Assembly (NCBI GenBank): GCA_050297195.1
Contig: JBNKSG010000001.1
Coordinates: 1-55,349, forward strand
Source: Opitutaceae bacterium
GTDB taxonomy: Bacteria; Verrucomicrobiota; Verrucomicrobiia; Opitutales; Opitutaceae
Reading direction: 5' to 3'
Length of the DNA stretch: 55,349 bases
Numbering within the stretch: position 1 is the first letter of the stretch; the number at the start of each line of letters is the position of its first letter. This document shows positions 9,801-18,238 of the stretch, piece after piece. Below the pieces are notes generated by a model. That model was not told where the DNA came from, made no database searches, and worked only from the letters and a program-made list of their open reading frames with translations. Both the position numbers and the translations under genes were made by a program.

Positions 9801-12800
9801 GCCGTCTTCAGTCGCCGGACGTCGTCATAAGTGAGGTATCGAGTCAAGCCGTCAAGGTCTTTCGAGGAGGTCAGAAGCCCGTTCTTGTAGACCTCCTCGG
9901 TGTCGTTCGTCGGCCCAGGCGAATAGCTGGTCGTCACAGTGACCGTCGCGTTGTTCCAATCGACGGTCGAAACGGTTGAAACCTTGTTGCCGAACTGGTC
10001 CAGAACTTCGGACTGGTCGAGCGTTCCGGGAACCGTAGCCAGCTTGAAACGCCCATCAGAGACGAGTACAGCAGAAGCACTTGGATAAGCGTAGGTCTTG
10101 ACCGAGGACCACCACTCGCTGGCCGCGTCCTCGTAAAAGGTAAAAGCGCGCTTCGTGAGACGGTCGCTGGAGTTCTCAATCAAACTTCCCCCGTTGCCGA
10201 CATCGAGACCTTCAAGAACGACAGCGCCTAGGGAGTCGTACACGTAAAGGTAGTCGTCGATGAGACGGGCTCCGGTCGAGGCGTTCACGGCCTTCCTCTT
10301 GAAGAGCTGTCCCAACGCGTTGTACGAGAACTCCGTCCGACGCCCTGCGCTGGAGCTGTAAGTTGGCTCGAGGGTTTCCTTCAAACGTCCCGCCTGGTCG
10401 TAGGTTTCCGAGCTCCAGCCTACCATTCCAGTAGTCGGATCGCCGATAGCGAAACTGGCGAGGGCCGACCATTTCTCGACGCTGTAGTAGGCCCCTGTCA
10501 GCTTGATCGTAGTATGGGCGTATAGCGGTGTCGTGGCGGTTCCCGTGCGAGAGGCGAGACTCCCGTCCTGGAAAATCGTGGTCGTGACGTATCCGCCATC
10601 CGGATTCGTGACCTTGCTCCAGTTCTGAGCTCCAGAAGTTGGATACGAGTAGGTCGTAGTGTCTCCACCGGGAGCGACAACGCTGAGAGGACGGCCAGCG
10701 TAGTCGTAGGTCAGCGACGTACTCAGCGTGCTTCCGTCACTGGTATTGCGGACTTCATGCTTCGTCGTGCGGTTCGATCCGTCGTAGTAGAAGTAGTTGC
10801 GGACGGTAGGAACCGCGGAGGTCGCTCCGACGTCGTCCACACGAGTGGGCCGACCCATTGAGTCGTAGGTGACGTAGTCGGTCATCGAACCAGTCTCATC
10901 CTTTGTCCAGTCAAGACGGAGATCCGAGTAGGCAGCCTCATAGATCGTACGCCAATCGCCGGACCAAGTGGTGTTGCTCCTCCAGCTGCGTTCCTTATGT
11001 TTTATGACACGGCTGGTTGCGTCAAAATCAGTCCGAACTGAAACCGACAAATCGAAGAGATTTGTTCCCCCAACCGCTACCGCACTCACGTCGTGAAAGA
11101 CTCGCCCTCCTAGATCGGAATTTCGGTGTCTCTTCGTTGTCTTTCCAGGTACGCACCAAATGTCTTCTATATCTTCTGCTCCTGCATGGTATGTAAGCAT
11201 CTGGAAAGCCGACATTCCGGGGTTGATCGACATCCCTTCGATAATTTCCCGGCTCACAACAGTCGTGTAATTGCGGTAAGTATATACCGTTTGGCTGCCG
11301 TCAGGCCTGATAACGGCATAAGGCATTCCACGACGCATAAAGCCAGTGTCCTGCCCTGACGTATCATTCCCGATAATATCCTCGCGATAGGTCATTGTCG
11401 TCGTTTTCAAAGCGTTGGCAGCGGTGCCATCGACGTATTCCTCCATGACGGTCTTGCGAACAGCGAAATTGTTTCTCGTCAGGTTCGTGTGGGTATAGTT
11501 CGTCCGAGCTACCTCCCGGTGGACGCCATTCTTAATCAGCTGGCGAAACGTATAGTCGGGCACGAACTTGTTGCCCGTAACGTCCAGCTCGTAGAAATAG
11601 AAGGTCCTATCGCCTTCCGCGACGTTCTCGAATGGACGCTTCACGATGCTGAGCATGCCCCGCTTGTCGAAGTCGTTGTAGTAGTCGTACTTGGTGTAGC
11701 CTCCCTCCGGCGGATGGATCTCCTTGAGCCTGCCGTAGTTGCCCGCGCCGTCGACCGAAAGACTAAAGAAGTATTCATAGTCCGTGATCCTGGCGTCGCT
11801 CGAACCGTAGTCTTCCTCGATCCGGTCAAGCTCCCAGCCCCAAGCATACTTATAGTAGCTGTAGCGCGTGCTCGAAGACTTGACAAACGAGGCGGAGGGG
11901 CTGGACCGCCCAAACTCCTCGGCAACCTCATAGCTCCAGCTGCCGGATCCGCTGACGGTGGTAACAACCTTGCGTAGATTAGCGGCAGTCTCAAGCCCAG
12001 TCGCTACGTCTGTCCAGTCATAAACCGTCCAAGTGCTGCCACTACTAACGATGCGGGTCCACCAAATCTTGGTTCCGACATACTTTCCTATTCGCACCTG
12101 AGTGGGATTCGTAAAGTAGATCTTGTACGTTACGTAGGGATCGCCCGAAAGGGCGTACTGGTTGCCAGTCTTGGCGCCAACCTGAGTCCAGTCATAAAAA
12201 TTGAGTTCGTAGCTGGTCGACGACAACACGTTTACGTCAACTAAGGTCTGCGGCGCGAAAATCCAATCGAGAACGCCGCCCGGCGCGTAGTAGTCGACCT
12301 CAGGGTTCGGGGCGGAGAACAGAAGGTCAGCTGGAGTGCCCGACATATCCGAAATTCTCGTGTAGTCCAACTTGAGAACGCCAGCGCTGCCTCCGTTCGA
12401 AAGATGGCCCAACCCGACAAACCAGGTCGCCCCAATCCGTGAGAACGAGGTGCTTTCTCCTGCAACCAGAGATTGAGTCGAGGCGCCACGCGGCGAAAGG
12501 CGAACCTGCACGACTTGGCTCGAGCTTACGTTCAGGAAGTAGGTGTCACGCTCTATGAGATCGGCGCCAGATCCAATGAAGAACACCCAGCCAGTCGGAG
12601 CAGACATCTTGAGTTTCGAAGAGTTCGCGGCGGACGAAGTCGTGAGAGAGATCGTGTACTCGGTGTCGGTCTTCATCCGTACGAAGAGCGAGTCTTCGCG
12701 GTTTCCGCTGCCAGTTATCGTCTTCTGCCTGACTCCCGTGTCGTTCGTTATTTCGGGGTCGGGATCGCCATTGAATGTCGCCGTGAAGCTCGCGCTTCCG

Positions 12801-12952
12801 GATGAGCCCGTCATTGCGATATGGATACCGACATCCTGGCCTGCCATACGGTTCTGGGCCTCAAGCTCGGCCGCGAAACCAAGGAGGGCCAAGATCGCGA
12901 GGAACGGACGCAGAACTGAATTCCCTTTACGTGAACAGGTCGTAGGCTTCAT
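6803..12952 (-). CDS. RHS/YD-repeat polymorphic toxin (2049 aa) with signal peptide and HNH-like nuclease C-terminus
   Basis: N-terminal hydrophobic signal (LRPFLAILALLGFAAELEA). YD repeats. Core GFSGQYTDRESNLSYYGFRFYDPAKGRFITRDPIGEAGGLNLY..NDPVNSSDILG. Tip (6803-7771) has HVHH...NQPWNL...WH. Confidence 0.92.
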   Translation of the reverse strand: MKPTTCSRKGNSVLRPFLAILALLGFAAELEAQNRMAGQDVGIHIAMTGSSGSASFTATFNGDPDPEITNDTGVRQKTITGSGNREDSLFVRMKTDTEYTISLTTSSAANSSKLKMSAPTGWVFFIGSGADLIERDTYFLNVSSSQVVQVRLSPRGASTQSLVAGESTSFSRIGATWFVGLGHLSNGGSAGVLKLDYTRISDMSGTPADLLFSAPNPEVDYYAPGGVLDWIFAPQTLVDVNVLSSTSYELNFYDWTQVGAKTGNQYALSGDPYVTYKIYFTNPTQVRIGKYVGTKIWWTRIVSSGSTWTVYDWTDVATGLETAANLRKVVTTVSGSGSWSYEVAEEFGRSSPSASFVKSSSTRYSYYKYAWGWELDRIEEDYGSSDARITDYEYFFSLSVDGAGNYGRLKEIHPPEGGYTKYDYYNDFDKRGMLSIVKRPFENVAEGDRTFYFYELDVTGNKFVPDYTFRQLIKNGVHREVARTNYTHTNLTRNNFAVRKTVMEEYVDGTAANALKTTTMTYREDIIGNDTSGQDTGFMRRGMPYAVIRPDGSQTVYTYRNYTTVVSREIIEGMSINPGMSAFQMLTYHAGAEDIEDIWCVPGKTTKRHRNSDLGGRVFHDVSAVAVGGTNLFDLSVSVRTDFDATSRVIKHKERSWRSNTTWSGDWRTIYEAAYSDLRLDWTKDETGSMTDYVTYDSMGRPTRVDDVGATSAVPTVRNYFYYDGSNRTTKHEVRNTSDGSTLSTSLTYDYAGRPLSVVAPGGDTTTYSYPTSGAQNWSKVTNPDGGYVTTTIFQDGSLASRTGTATTPLYAHTTIKLTGAYYSVEKWSALASFAIGDPTTGMVGWSSETYDQAGRLKETLEPTYSSSAGRRTEFSYNALGQLFKRKAVNASTGARLIDDYLYVYDSLGAVVLEGLDVGNGGSLIENSSDRLTKRAFTFYEDAASEWWSSVKTYAYPSASAVLVSDGRFKLATVPGTLDQSEVLDQFGNKVSTVSTVDWNNATVTVTTSYSPGPTNDTEEVYKNGLLTSSKDLDGLTRYLTYDDVRRLKTATGPDSQKREYEYYSGTDRLFKDHEYTSATAKRNLAIYTYTQGRLSNVQRRNTHFGGSLLTENVYYDYDGLGNLTSTWGDGMYPVNHVYDSYGALLETYQEQNSTKDSMMRYEYDSETRLLVKRRSYNGGGLYDNVEYQFDDMNRTSRRDHDRGVYTTYTYSSSTGDLTKDDHSDSTTDVTYDEYDRMGRLKKVTDATGQRSITYSGNNGLSVSLEDLNNLFYGSGRDIAYSYEASGGSSLEGRYKGLTYDGKYWGFGYSATTGRIDKVNAVSSTSPYQFAVSYSGGRVSAIDYGSYHQTRTYDAWSGGVKSVSSLWGAAGRAQFQDIDLSWMGQIDRVKLKYVDGNSLAAKYGKTSDITMTYTYDKVGQLLSYNTDRTAGVESTYAYDLAGNRSSSVDINGSLTFKASVHNEMLHMVSQQIPNPNYDYQDCNQNPSPTVCDPYIYSSVSDYLYDEDGNMTGDGEWTYAYDANDRVKLMTRSSGSVRRMEFTYDYMGRRVQKITRSGTSSTSTIVTNRKFVYDGMTLIAELSGSGTRERSYYWGPDKSSSVGGAGGAMGLLMVEDTAGTGVGVYYATHDHSGNLVGLLNSSGAFAAWYEYDAFGNLVQVGGSYGSENPIGFSGQYTDRESNLSYYGFRFYDPAKGRFITRDPIGEAGGLNLYRFVDNDPVNSSDILGLTEGMSEANKRLAEFYAENGGGGWNWQETRDYGNKGQDGIWGEASFRDPVGWVQFYDGSGVPDGGRISGLSNAEVNGLVDFANDMGYARIGSEGSEGGQRSNGDRQPVLVERGIVYNGVYYSNIIQVAGDLLDRPIKLLNGPTIEDLDALIMPEGRSVGEPGSLESLIPIWGSARSAINHFQNGRWFQGSFQTAMAVSDVFLVKSIATMASKGLWKFGSHSWGATRKWLGKRGYADKYQHVHHGVVEQASYRGTQWESLFNQPWNLKPLNPKPGYSMDQWHKMIEGKLPGLNPAERWWYGTPDWIRYVEMSYGGRLVETVSE

Positions 12953-13515
12953 CAGATCCCCCCTTTCGACTGAACGCTGATATCCAAGATCTCAGGATTA
13001 CCGAAGCCCTCGAACGGATCCTCTCCACGCTCCCGTGCCTCTCGGACTCGCTTCGCCTCGGCGACCCTCAATTCCGCAGCGCGCTTGCGCTGCCGCTCGA
13101 ACACAACCTGCCTTTCCAGCTCGGGGTCATCCGGAACCAACGAATACGCCAACTCCAGCTGCAAAACCATCTCGACCGTCGGCCCGTCGAGCCTTCTGGT
13201 GAGCTCGGCGGCCAGCTGCCAAGCCCTGCCAAGCTTCCTGCGATCGGCCGCGCCAAGCCGCAAGGCATCAACTTTCGCGAGGCCCTCGATCGCCGCGTCG
13301 ATGGACTCCCGGTCCACTGCGCCGCGCCTTCCAAGGAAAGCCGACTCCAACTCCACAGCAGCCTCGGCCGCCAGGCCAAACCGATCAACGGCACGATTAC
13401 GTTCAGTCCCCGACAGGCCGTCGAAAACGCTTGGACCTGGTTGCGGATAAGCACTTAACGAGAGAAACAAAGCGGCTGCAGGAGCCACTCGACGTAGGGC
13501 CTTTTGAAAGAGCAT
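12952..13515 (-). CDS. Secreted helical (TPR-like) protein translationally coupled to RHS 1
   Basis: Signal-like N-terminus (RRVAPAAALFLSLSAYP). LELAYSLVPDDPEL resembles a TPR. TGATG overlap with the RHS start. Confidence 0.65.
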   Translation of the reverse strand: MLFQKALRRVAPAAALFLSLSAYPQPGPSVFDGLSGTERNRAVDRFGLAAEAAVELESAFLGRRGAVDRESIDAAIEGLAKVDALRLGAADRRKLGRAWQLAAELTRRLDGPTVEMVLQLELAYSLVPDDPELERQVVFERQRKRAAELRVAEAKRVREARERGEDPFEGFGNPEILDISVQSKGGI

Positions 13516-14450
13516 TGGATCTAGACATCTTAGAGTTGATGACCGCTAGCCTCCTCGAAATCAGCAGGGAAGCTCGGTCGGCACCCGAATATGCCGCCAC
13601 CGCGCCACGACCCGCCAGAAGCCCTCAATTCGCAAAATTTTTACATCTGGTTTTAAGTGAATAAACCAGCCTTATATAGCTAGTATCTTTTGATTATTGC
13701 TGCATCTTTCTCGTAGCTTCATATGCTTATTTTTGTACAATCAAACTGCTCAATTACAGTCTATTAGTCAAAATAGAGCAAAGCCCAAGAAATCTGAATT
13801 TGGTCAGCAGTCCGACCGAAAGGACATACTGGTCTTGCCCACGGTCTCGCGCCAGATGAACTCAGTATCAGTAAAATTAGAAGCCAATAAGCCTAGTCAG
13901 CAAATCGGTCGCGCTAAACAAAAGACTATAGAAAATGAGGAACTGAAGCACGCGAGATCAGTGACATTCTGAGCCGGAACCCTAGGTTCTTCGTCGAAAA
14001 CGCACTAAGGATATCGGCTAGACAAGATCCCGCACCTAAAACCTTGCGAATTCTCCATCCAACATTTTCCGGAAAGCCAGTCGTCAGTTCGAGCCCTCGC
14101 ACCTCAACAGCATCTTCGAGGGATTCATTGCGATGACCTGCGAAACTTCGATCTCCCCCTAATTGTCCCTCATGGTGATTATCCAATGTCGTATTCCAAA
14201 TGCAGATCGGGTGTTCAGTCAGAGCAAATTGGATTATTGCCTTTCCGCTAGCGCCTCCCATCTGGTCTGCTTTACTCACACTCCAGCTGCCTATAGGATC
14301 ATGGGCGAAAATGTACCGCATCTATTTAGCATAACTTTCCGGACGTTAACTTTGCCCATTCGGGCCGTAACGTTTGAAGAAATCTGCTTCAAGATGTAGA
14401 AAGAAAAAGTTTCGCCAAGGCTTCTGTTTGTTAAGATCCGACACGCATAC

Positions 14451-14624
14451 CTACTCGCTGAGTTCGTCTCCATCCTTCCGCTGAACTTCAGGACAAACCT
14501 GCCGTACTTCTTCGAGTATCCTTTCAAGGACGAACCCGTCAAGATGCTTGCCATAGCACTTCACGAACCATTCCACATCCTCGTCGGTCAGTTCGTCTGC
14601 AGAGCGTTCAGGCGTCTCGTTCAT
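14451..14624 (-). CDS. Small acidic protein (57 aa, MNETPERSADELTDEDVEWFVKCYGKHLDG...), possible anti-sigma/partner
   Basis: Translated by hand: AGAGG RBS, ATG 14624, TAG 14451, 11 bp after the ECF sigma stop. Below the ORF-track length cutoff. Confidence 0.55.
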   Translation of the reverse strand: MNETPERSADELTDEDVEWFVKCYGKHLDGFVLERILEEVRQVCPEVQRKDGDELSE

Positions 14625-14635
14625 CCTCTAAAAAA

Positions 14636-15172
14636 TTATTCGAGGGCTTTTCGAATAACGAGCTTACCTTTAGCCACCCAATCCCCGACTGTCGAACGCG
14701 AACTTCCCAGACGCGCAGCTATTTCGTCGTATGTGTACCCAAATCTCAAGGCCAACCAAGTTGCGAACTTCTGCTCATCGGTCAATCCAACCGGACCCAA
14801 CTCCCTCCAGAACCTTTCGGCAAACGCCTCCTCTTCCTCCTCCGAGAGAAACTCTCCCGGAGGAGCCTGCAGAGGAAACTGCTCGAAATTCTCCGATAGA
14901 ACCTCCCTTCGCCCTCGCTTTCGAAGACTATCCAGAGCCAGAAAATACAGCTTCCGGCGCAAGATCGGTAGGCATTCCATGTGAGCTTCGTCGAGGCGAG
15001 CGAAGGCATATCTCCAAAGTTCGGATACGGCATCCTGCGCATCAGCCAAATTCCGCAAAATGCGGTAAGCGTACCGAACCAGAAACTTGTGGTTCGCGCG
15101 AACGCTTCTCTCAAGCGCCTCGAGGCGCTTGTCAGCCATCTTTCCAGATTTCTTCATGTTTCGTAAATCCAT
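14636..15172 (-). CDS. ECF-type sigma-70 factor
   Basis: Region 2: LVRYAYRILRNLADAQDAVSE..ALDSLRKRGR. Region 4: LTDEQK..GYTYDEIAARLGSSRSTV. Confidence 0.85.
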   Translation of the reverse strand: MDLRNMKKSGKMADKRLEALERSVRANHKFLVRYAYRILRNLADAQDAVSELWRYAFARLDEAHMECLPILRRKLYFLALDSLRKRGRREVLSENFEQFPLQAPPGEFLSEEEEEAFAERFWRELGPVGLTDEQKFATWLALRFGYTYDEIAARLGSSRSTVGDWVAKGKLVIRKALE

Positions 15173-15178
15173 CTGCAG

Positions 15179-15793
15179 CTAGCGGTCCCGCGGATCCGTT
15201 TCCTTCTCGGTACTGTGGTCTCCAAAGCTGGCTGCGTAGTTGCAATTGACTACAAGCTGGTTGGCCTTTCGAACGTCGTAGCACTCCAGAAGCCGGTAGG
15301 CCGCCAAGTTGTCCACGACTGCTTCGACCAACCTGGAGTCGACGTATCCCGGAGCCTTTGAATCTTGTATTGGAGACGCGGTGAATACGATGCGACGCGA
15401 TCTTGAAAAACGTCGCTTCCACCAAAAGTGGCCGAAGACGATTTCGTCCTCAGTAACCTCGAAACGAACCCGTTTTCCAAACAGGAGAATTGAAAGCCAC
15501 AGTCGCGAGAGCATCTCCACATAGTGGAGCATAGACAAAACTGCCATCGCCGCCGCGATTCCAGCCGGCGTGTACGGAAGGTAGTCCAAAGGACTCGACC
15601 AGCCTAGCAAGGTAAGGAGCAGTTCGAGCGCAAGCAAGCCAGCCAACAGCCGCCAAAGCTTCGCTAGCGGCGTTCGAACGAACGTATTCAGCATTTCGTG
15701 ACGAAAGGGAGTCATGAACCTAGCCTTGACGACGTAGCCTGAACGCGTCTTGCGAAGCGGAGGCCACGGGTACCTGCGATCGTCGGCCTTCAT
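15179..15793 (-). CDS. Hypothetical membrane protein (2 TM plus soluble domain)
   Basis: Two hydrophobic segments. ATGA overlap with the upstream gene. Confidence 0.7.
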   Translation of the reverse strand: MKADDRRYPWPPLRKTRSGYVVKARFMTPFRHEMLNTFVRTPLAKLWRLLAGLLALELLLTLLGWSSPLDYLPYTPAGIAAAMAVLSMLHYVEMLSRLWLSILLFGKRVRFEVTEDEIVFGHFWWKRRFSRSRRIVFTASPIQDSKAPGYVDSRLVEAVVDNLAAYRLLECYDVRKANQLVVNCNYAASFGDHSTEKETDPRDR

Positions 15794-16278
15794 CTGGACT
15801 TTCCTTTCGACTCCGAACTTTCGTTGGCCTTGTCCTGCTTAGCCTGGCTTCTGGCCACCTCGACTTCGCTGTACTCGACGAATCCTTCCCGTTGGGCAAG
15901 GAACCGCTTAAGGTAGCTCTCCTGTTCCCTGTTCTCCGTCTCGGCCATCACTCGGACGGCCTTCTTCTCGGCGATCTCCCGCCTCACCTTTGGAGAGGTA
16001 TTCTCCAAGTTGAAGCCCTCCTTGTCCTTGAGGAAATCGGAAGTGAGCCTTTCCAGCTCCGACCGGTGAGCGTTCTCCTGGTTGCTCAACAGCTCGCTGT
16101 AGTCCTTTTCCTGAGTCTCCACCATATGTCGGTAGAGTTCCCGATCTTCCAGCGGAAGCCGCTCTGCCCGGGTGTTTACGTCGTTGAGACGCTCGCTCGA
16201 TCTGCGAGTATCGGTCGCCGCGTTGAACGCGGGCGTTTTTTGGCCGCTACGCCATTTTTCGTCAATTTGATCCGGCAT
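15790..16278 (-). CDS. Hypothetical charged helical protein (possible T4SS substrate-like)
   Basis: Highly charged coiled-coil with basic C-terminal tail (SKGKSR). Start uncertain (ATG 16278 or TTG 16305). Confidence 0.65.
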   Translation of the reverse strand: MPDQIDEKWRSGQKTPAFNAATDTRRSSERLNDVNTRAERLPLEDRELYRHMVETQEKDYSELLSNQENAHRSELERLTSDFLKDKEGFNLENTSPKVRREIAEKKAVRVMAETENREQESYLKRFLAQREGFVEYSEVEVARSQAKQDKANESSESKGKSR

Positions 16279-16319
16279 GGTAAAAGTGTTAGAATTGTCC
16301 CTCAACGAGGGAGATTTGA

Positions 16320-16562
16320 ATGAGCTACGAATTCGAAGGGGCGGACCCCAACAGACTATGCGACTTGGCCTTGGCTGAAACTGCCATGCGGCTGGTGGTC
16401 GAGGACTTCCAGAAGCCCTCGACCGTCGCTCGGTCAGCGCTGACCTCAGCCCTGACCTTGATCGGTAACCTGGACGAGCGATCTACCTTGGCATTTCTGG
16501 AAGAAGCGGACGAACTGTTTGAGGTCCTCCGCAACTCCTTGCCCAGCTCGACTAGGGACTGA
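16320..16562 (+). CDS. Hypothetical protein (80 aa)
   Basis: GAGGGAG RBS. Fills the gap between minus-strand genes. Amphipathic helical composition. Confidence 0.5.
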   Translation: MSYEFEGADPNRLCDLALAETAMRLVVEDFQKPSTVARSALTSALTLIGNLDERSTLAFLEEADELFEVLRNSLPSSTRD

Positions 16563-16887
16563 AAAGCGACTTGAGCAGGTTCAAAGGCCTCTTTTCGTCA
16601 GGCAGCGGGAAGAACTCGAAAGCGCCGTAGCCTCCACCTGGAACCTGATCTACCAGTCCAATAGGAGTGACATACTCGGCGGCGACCACGATCCTCGCGT
16701 CGCCAACCTTGACGTATTCATAATTCCAGCGCAGCCCCGGCACTCCATGTCGCTCCACGACATAGGTTCCTGCCAAGAGCAGAGCGACCGCTAGCCCAGC
16801 CACGAAAACCAGCTTTCGCGCTAACCCCATCAATACCTCCGACGACGGCCCGCCTGCCCTGAAAATGTAATCGTTTTTTCGATACAT
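16552..16887 (-). CDS. Small membrane-anchored hypothetical protein
   Basis: Single TM (LVFVAGLAVALLLAGTYVV) followed by a short beta-rich domain. In series with the vWA gene. Confidence 0.65.
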   Translation of the reverse strand: MYRKNDYIFRAGGPSSEVLMGLARKLVFVAGLAVALLLAGTYVVERHGVPGLRWNYEYVKVGDARIVVAAEYVTPIGLVDQVPGGGYGAFEFFPLPDEKRPLNLLKSLFSP

Positions 16888-16898
16888 ACCCAGTTTCC

Positions 16899-18212
16899 TC
16901 AGAGGTTCGCGACCTTAATCTTCAGTTCCCTTGGAAGGAAAGCCTTGGCATCGAGCGAGCGGTTCGTCCGGAGGAACGTCACCTCGTGCCCGTCGGAGAG
17001 CAGGTCCGCCAGCACCGCAGGGTATCGTTCGGAATCCGGCACGCTATCGTCGGGACTCGGAGGCACGTCGCTCAGAATCCAGACCCTGGATTCTCGACGA
17101 CGTCGTTCGCGGAGCTCGTCGCGCAGGTTCTTAAGCGTCGCCGAAAAAGCGCCAGGCGTATCTGCTCCTCCATTTGGCTCGGCTTGGCGGAAAGCTGCTG
17201 CGATCTCCAGCACGTCTGCATTTTCGCTGTAGAGCCCGCCTCCTCCGGATTCGAACACGAACAGCCCATGGTATTCTCCCGCAACGCCTCTGGCATCGGC
17301 AAGCCGCCGAGCCATGGCTTCTCGAACCTTGGACTGGCTGCCTGACAGGTCCGCTAGCCATACGTCGGAAAAGCCAGGGGACTTCTTACGAGGCTCGTAG
17401 TCGGGCCGCATCTGAGCCAACGTCAGCATCTTCACCTCGGTTTCCGAGGCTCGAAGCGCCGGAGACAGAACCTCGAGCCCTTCTCCAATCGCCATCGCGA
17501 CGGCCGTCGAAACGCTCGACTGGACCGGAGCCATCTCCATGGAAACTTCCCCGAACATGCAGCTCCAGAAGTTAGCGACCTCCGACTTGAAGGCATCGTC
17601 GCCCGTCTCCTTGTCCCCGGTCGGGTCTAGCCATACAACCCGGCAACCAGGCATGTCCGGAACTCCCTCCATGCTGAACGGCGAAAGGAACTTGCTCGCG
17701 ACAATCGACGCGTGGCTTGGGCGACGCAGCCGGAAGTCAGGATCGGACTCCTCCTCGTCAACGAAAGAGTATTCCGGATCCCCTTTCCAAAGGACGTTTC
17801 CTACAATCGCTACGACCACTTCGTCATCGTCGCCGATATGGTTGCGCAGCTCGCGAACGAAGCGAGGTCCATCTAAAGCTCCGTCGGCTTCCCTGCCCCG
17901 ATTAGCCCGCAAAGCGAGCCCGAGGAACTGGACGAGGGAATCCTCGAAGTCCTTGCGGGCCTTCAGGGCTGTCATCTCGTTTGGATAGTCTTTCTTGACG
18001 ACCCCGAACTTCAGGTCAGGCCTCGTGGTAGCCTCCATTACCTTGATCGAGCTGCCAAGCTCCGCTCGGTCGTAGATTCCCATTCCGACCCCGTGGACCA
18101 TCGAAGCCATCGACGGGTCCACATCGCTCGTCGAACCGAGAATGAACGTTCCGGCTGAAAGCGACGCGCAAACCGTCGCGGAGAGTGAGAGAGTTGATAT
18201 CATCTTTTTCAT
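16899..18212 (-). CDS. Secreted protein with C-terminal vWA domain
   Basis: Start MKKMISTLSLSATVCASLSA (signal peptide). MIDAS DLSGS, GGADT and WILSD motifs. Confidence 0.75.
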   Translation of the reverse strand: MKKMISTLSLSATVCASLSAGTFILGSTSDVDPSMASMVHGVGMGIYDRAELGSSIKVMEATTRPDLKFGVVKKDYPNEMTALKARKDFEDSLVQFLGLALRANRGREADGALDGPRFVRELRNHIGDDDEVVVAIVGNVLWKGDPEYSFVDEEESDPDFRLRRPSHASIVASKFLSPFSMEGVPDMPGCRVVWLDPTGDKETGDDAFKSEVANFWSCMFGEVSMEMAPVQSSVSTAVAMAIGEGLEVLSPALRASETEVKMLTLAQMRPDYEPRKKSPGFSDVWLADLSGSQSKVREAMARRLADARGVAGEYHGLFVFESGGGGLYSENADVLEIAAAFRQAEPNGGADTPGAFSATLKNLRDELRERRRRESRVWILSDVPPSPDDSVPDSERYPAVLADLLSDGHEVTFLRTNRSLDAKAFLPRELKIKVANL

Positions 18213-18238
18213 AGAATTGGTTGTTCTTGGGTTGATAG

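Noticed and set aside
6128-14285. ACTCACACTCCA (with upstream TCTGCT) at 6137-6148 and 14274-14285, flanking the RHS1 module as a direct repeat
   Set aside because: Dozens of exact 12-mer pairs are expected by chance in 55 kb and the extension is gappy. Not enough to call a target duplication or att site.
13926-14554. ORFs 13926-14321 and 14291-14554 (minus)
   Set aside because: No recognisable motifs or RBS. The second overlaps a better-supported 57-aa ORF. Probably non-coding or decayed DNA.
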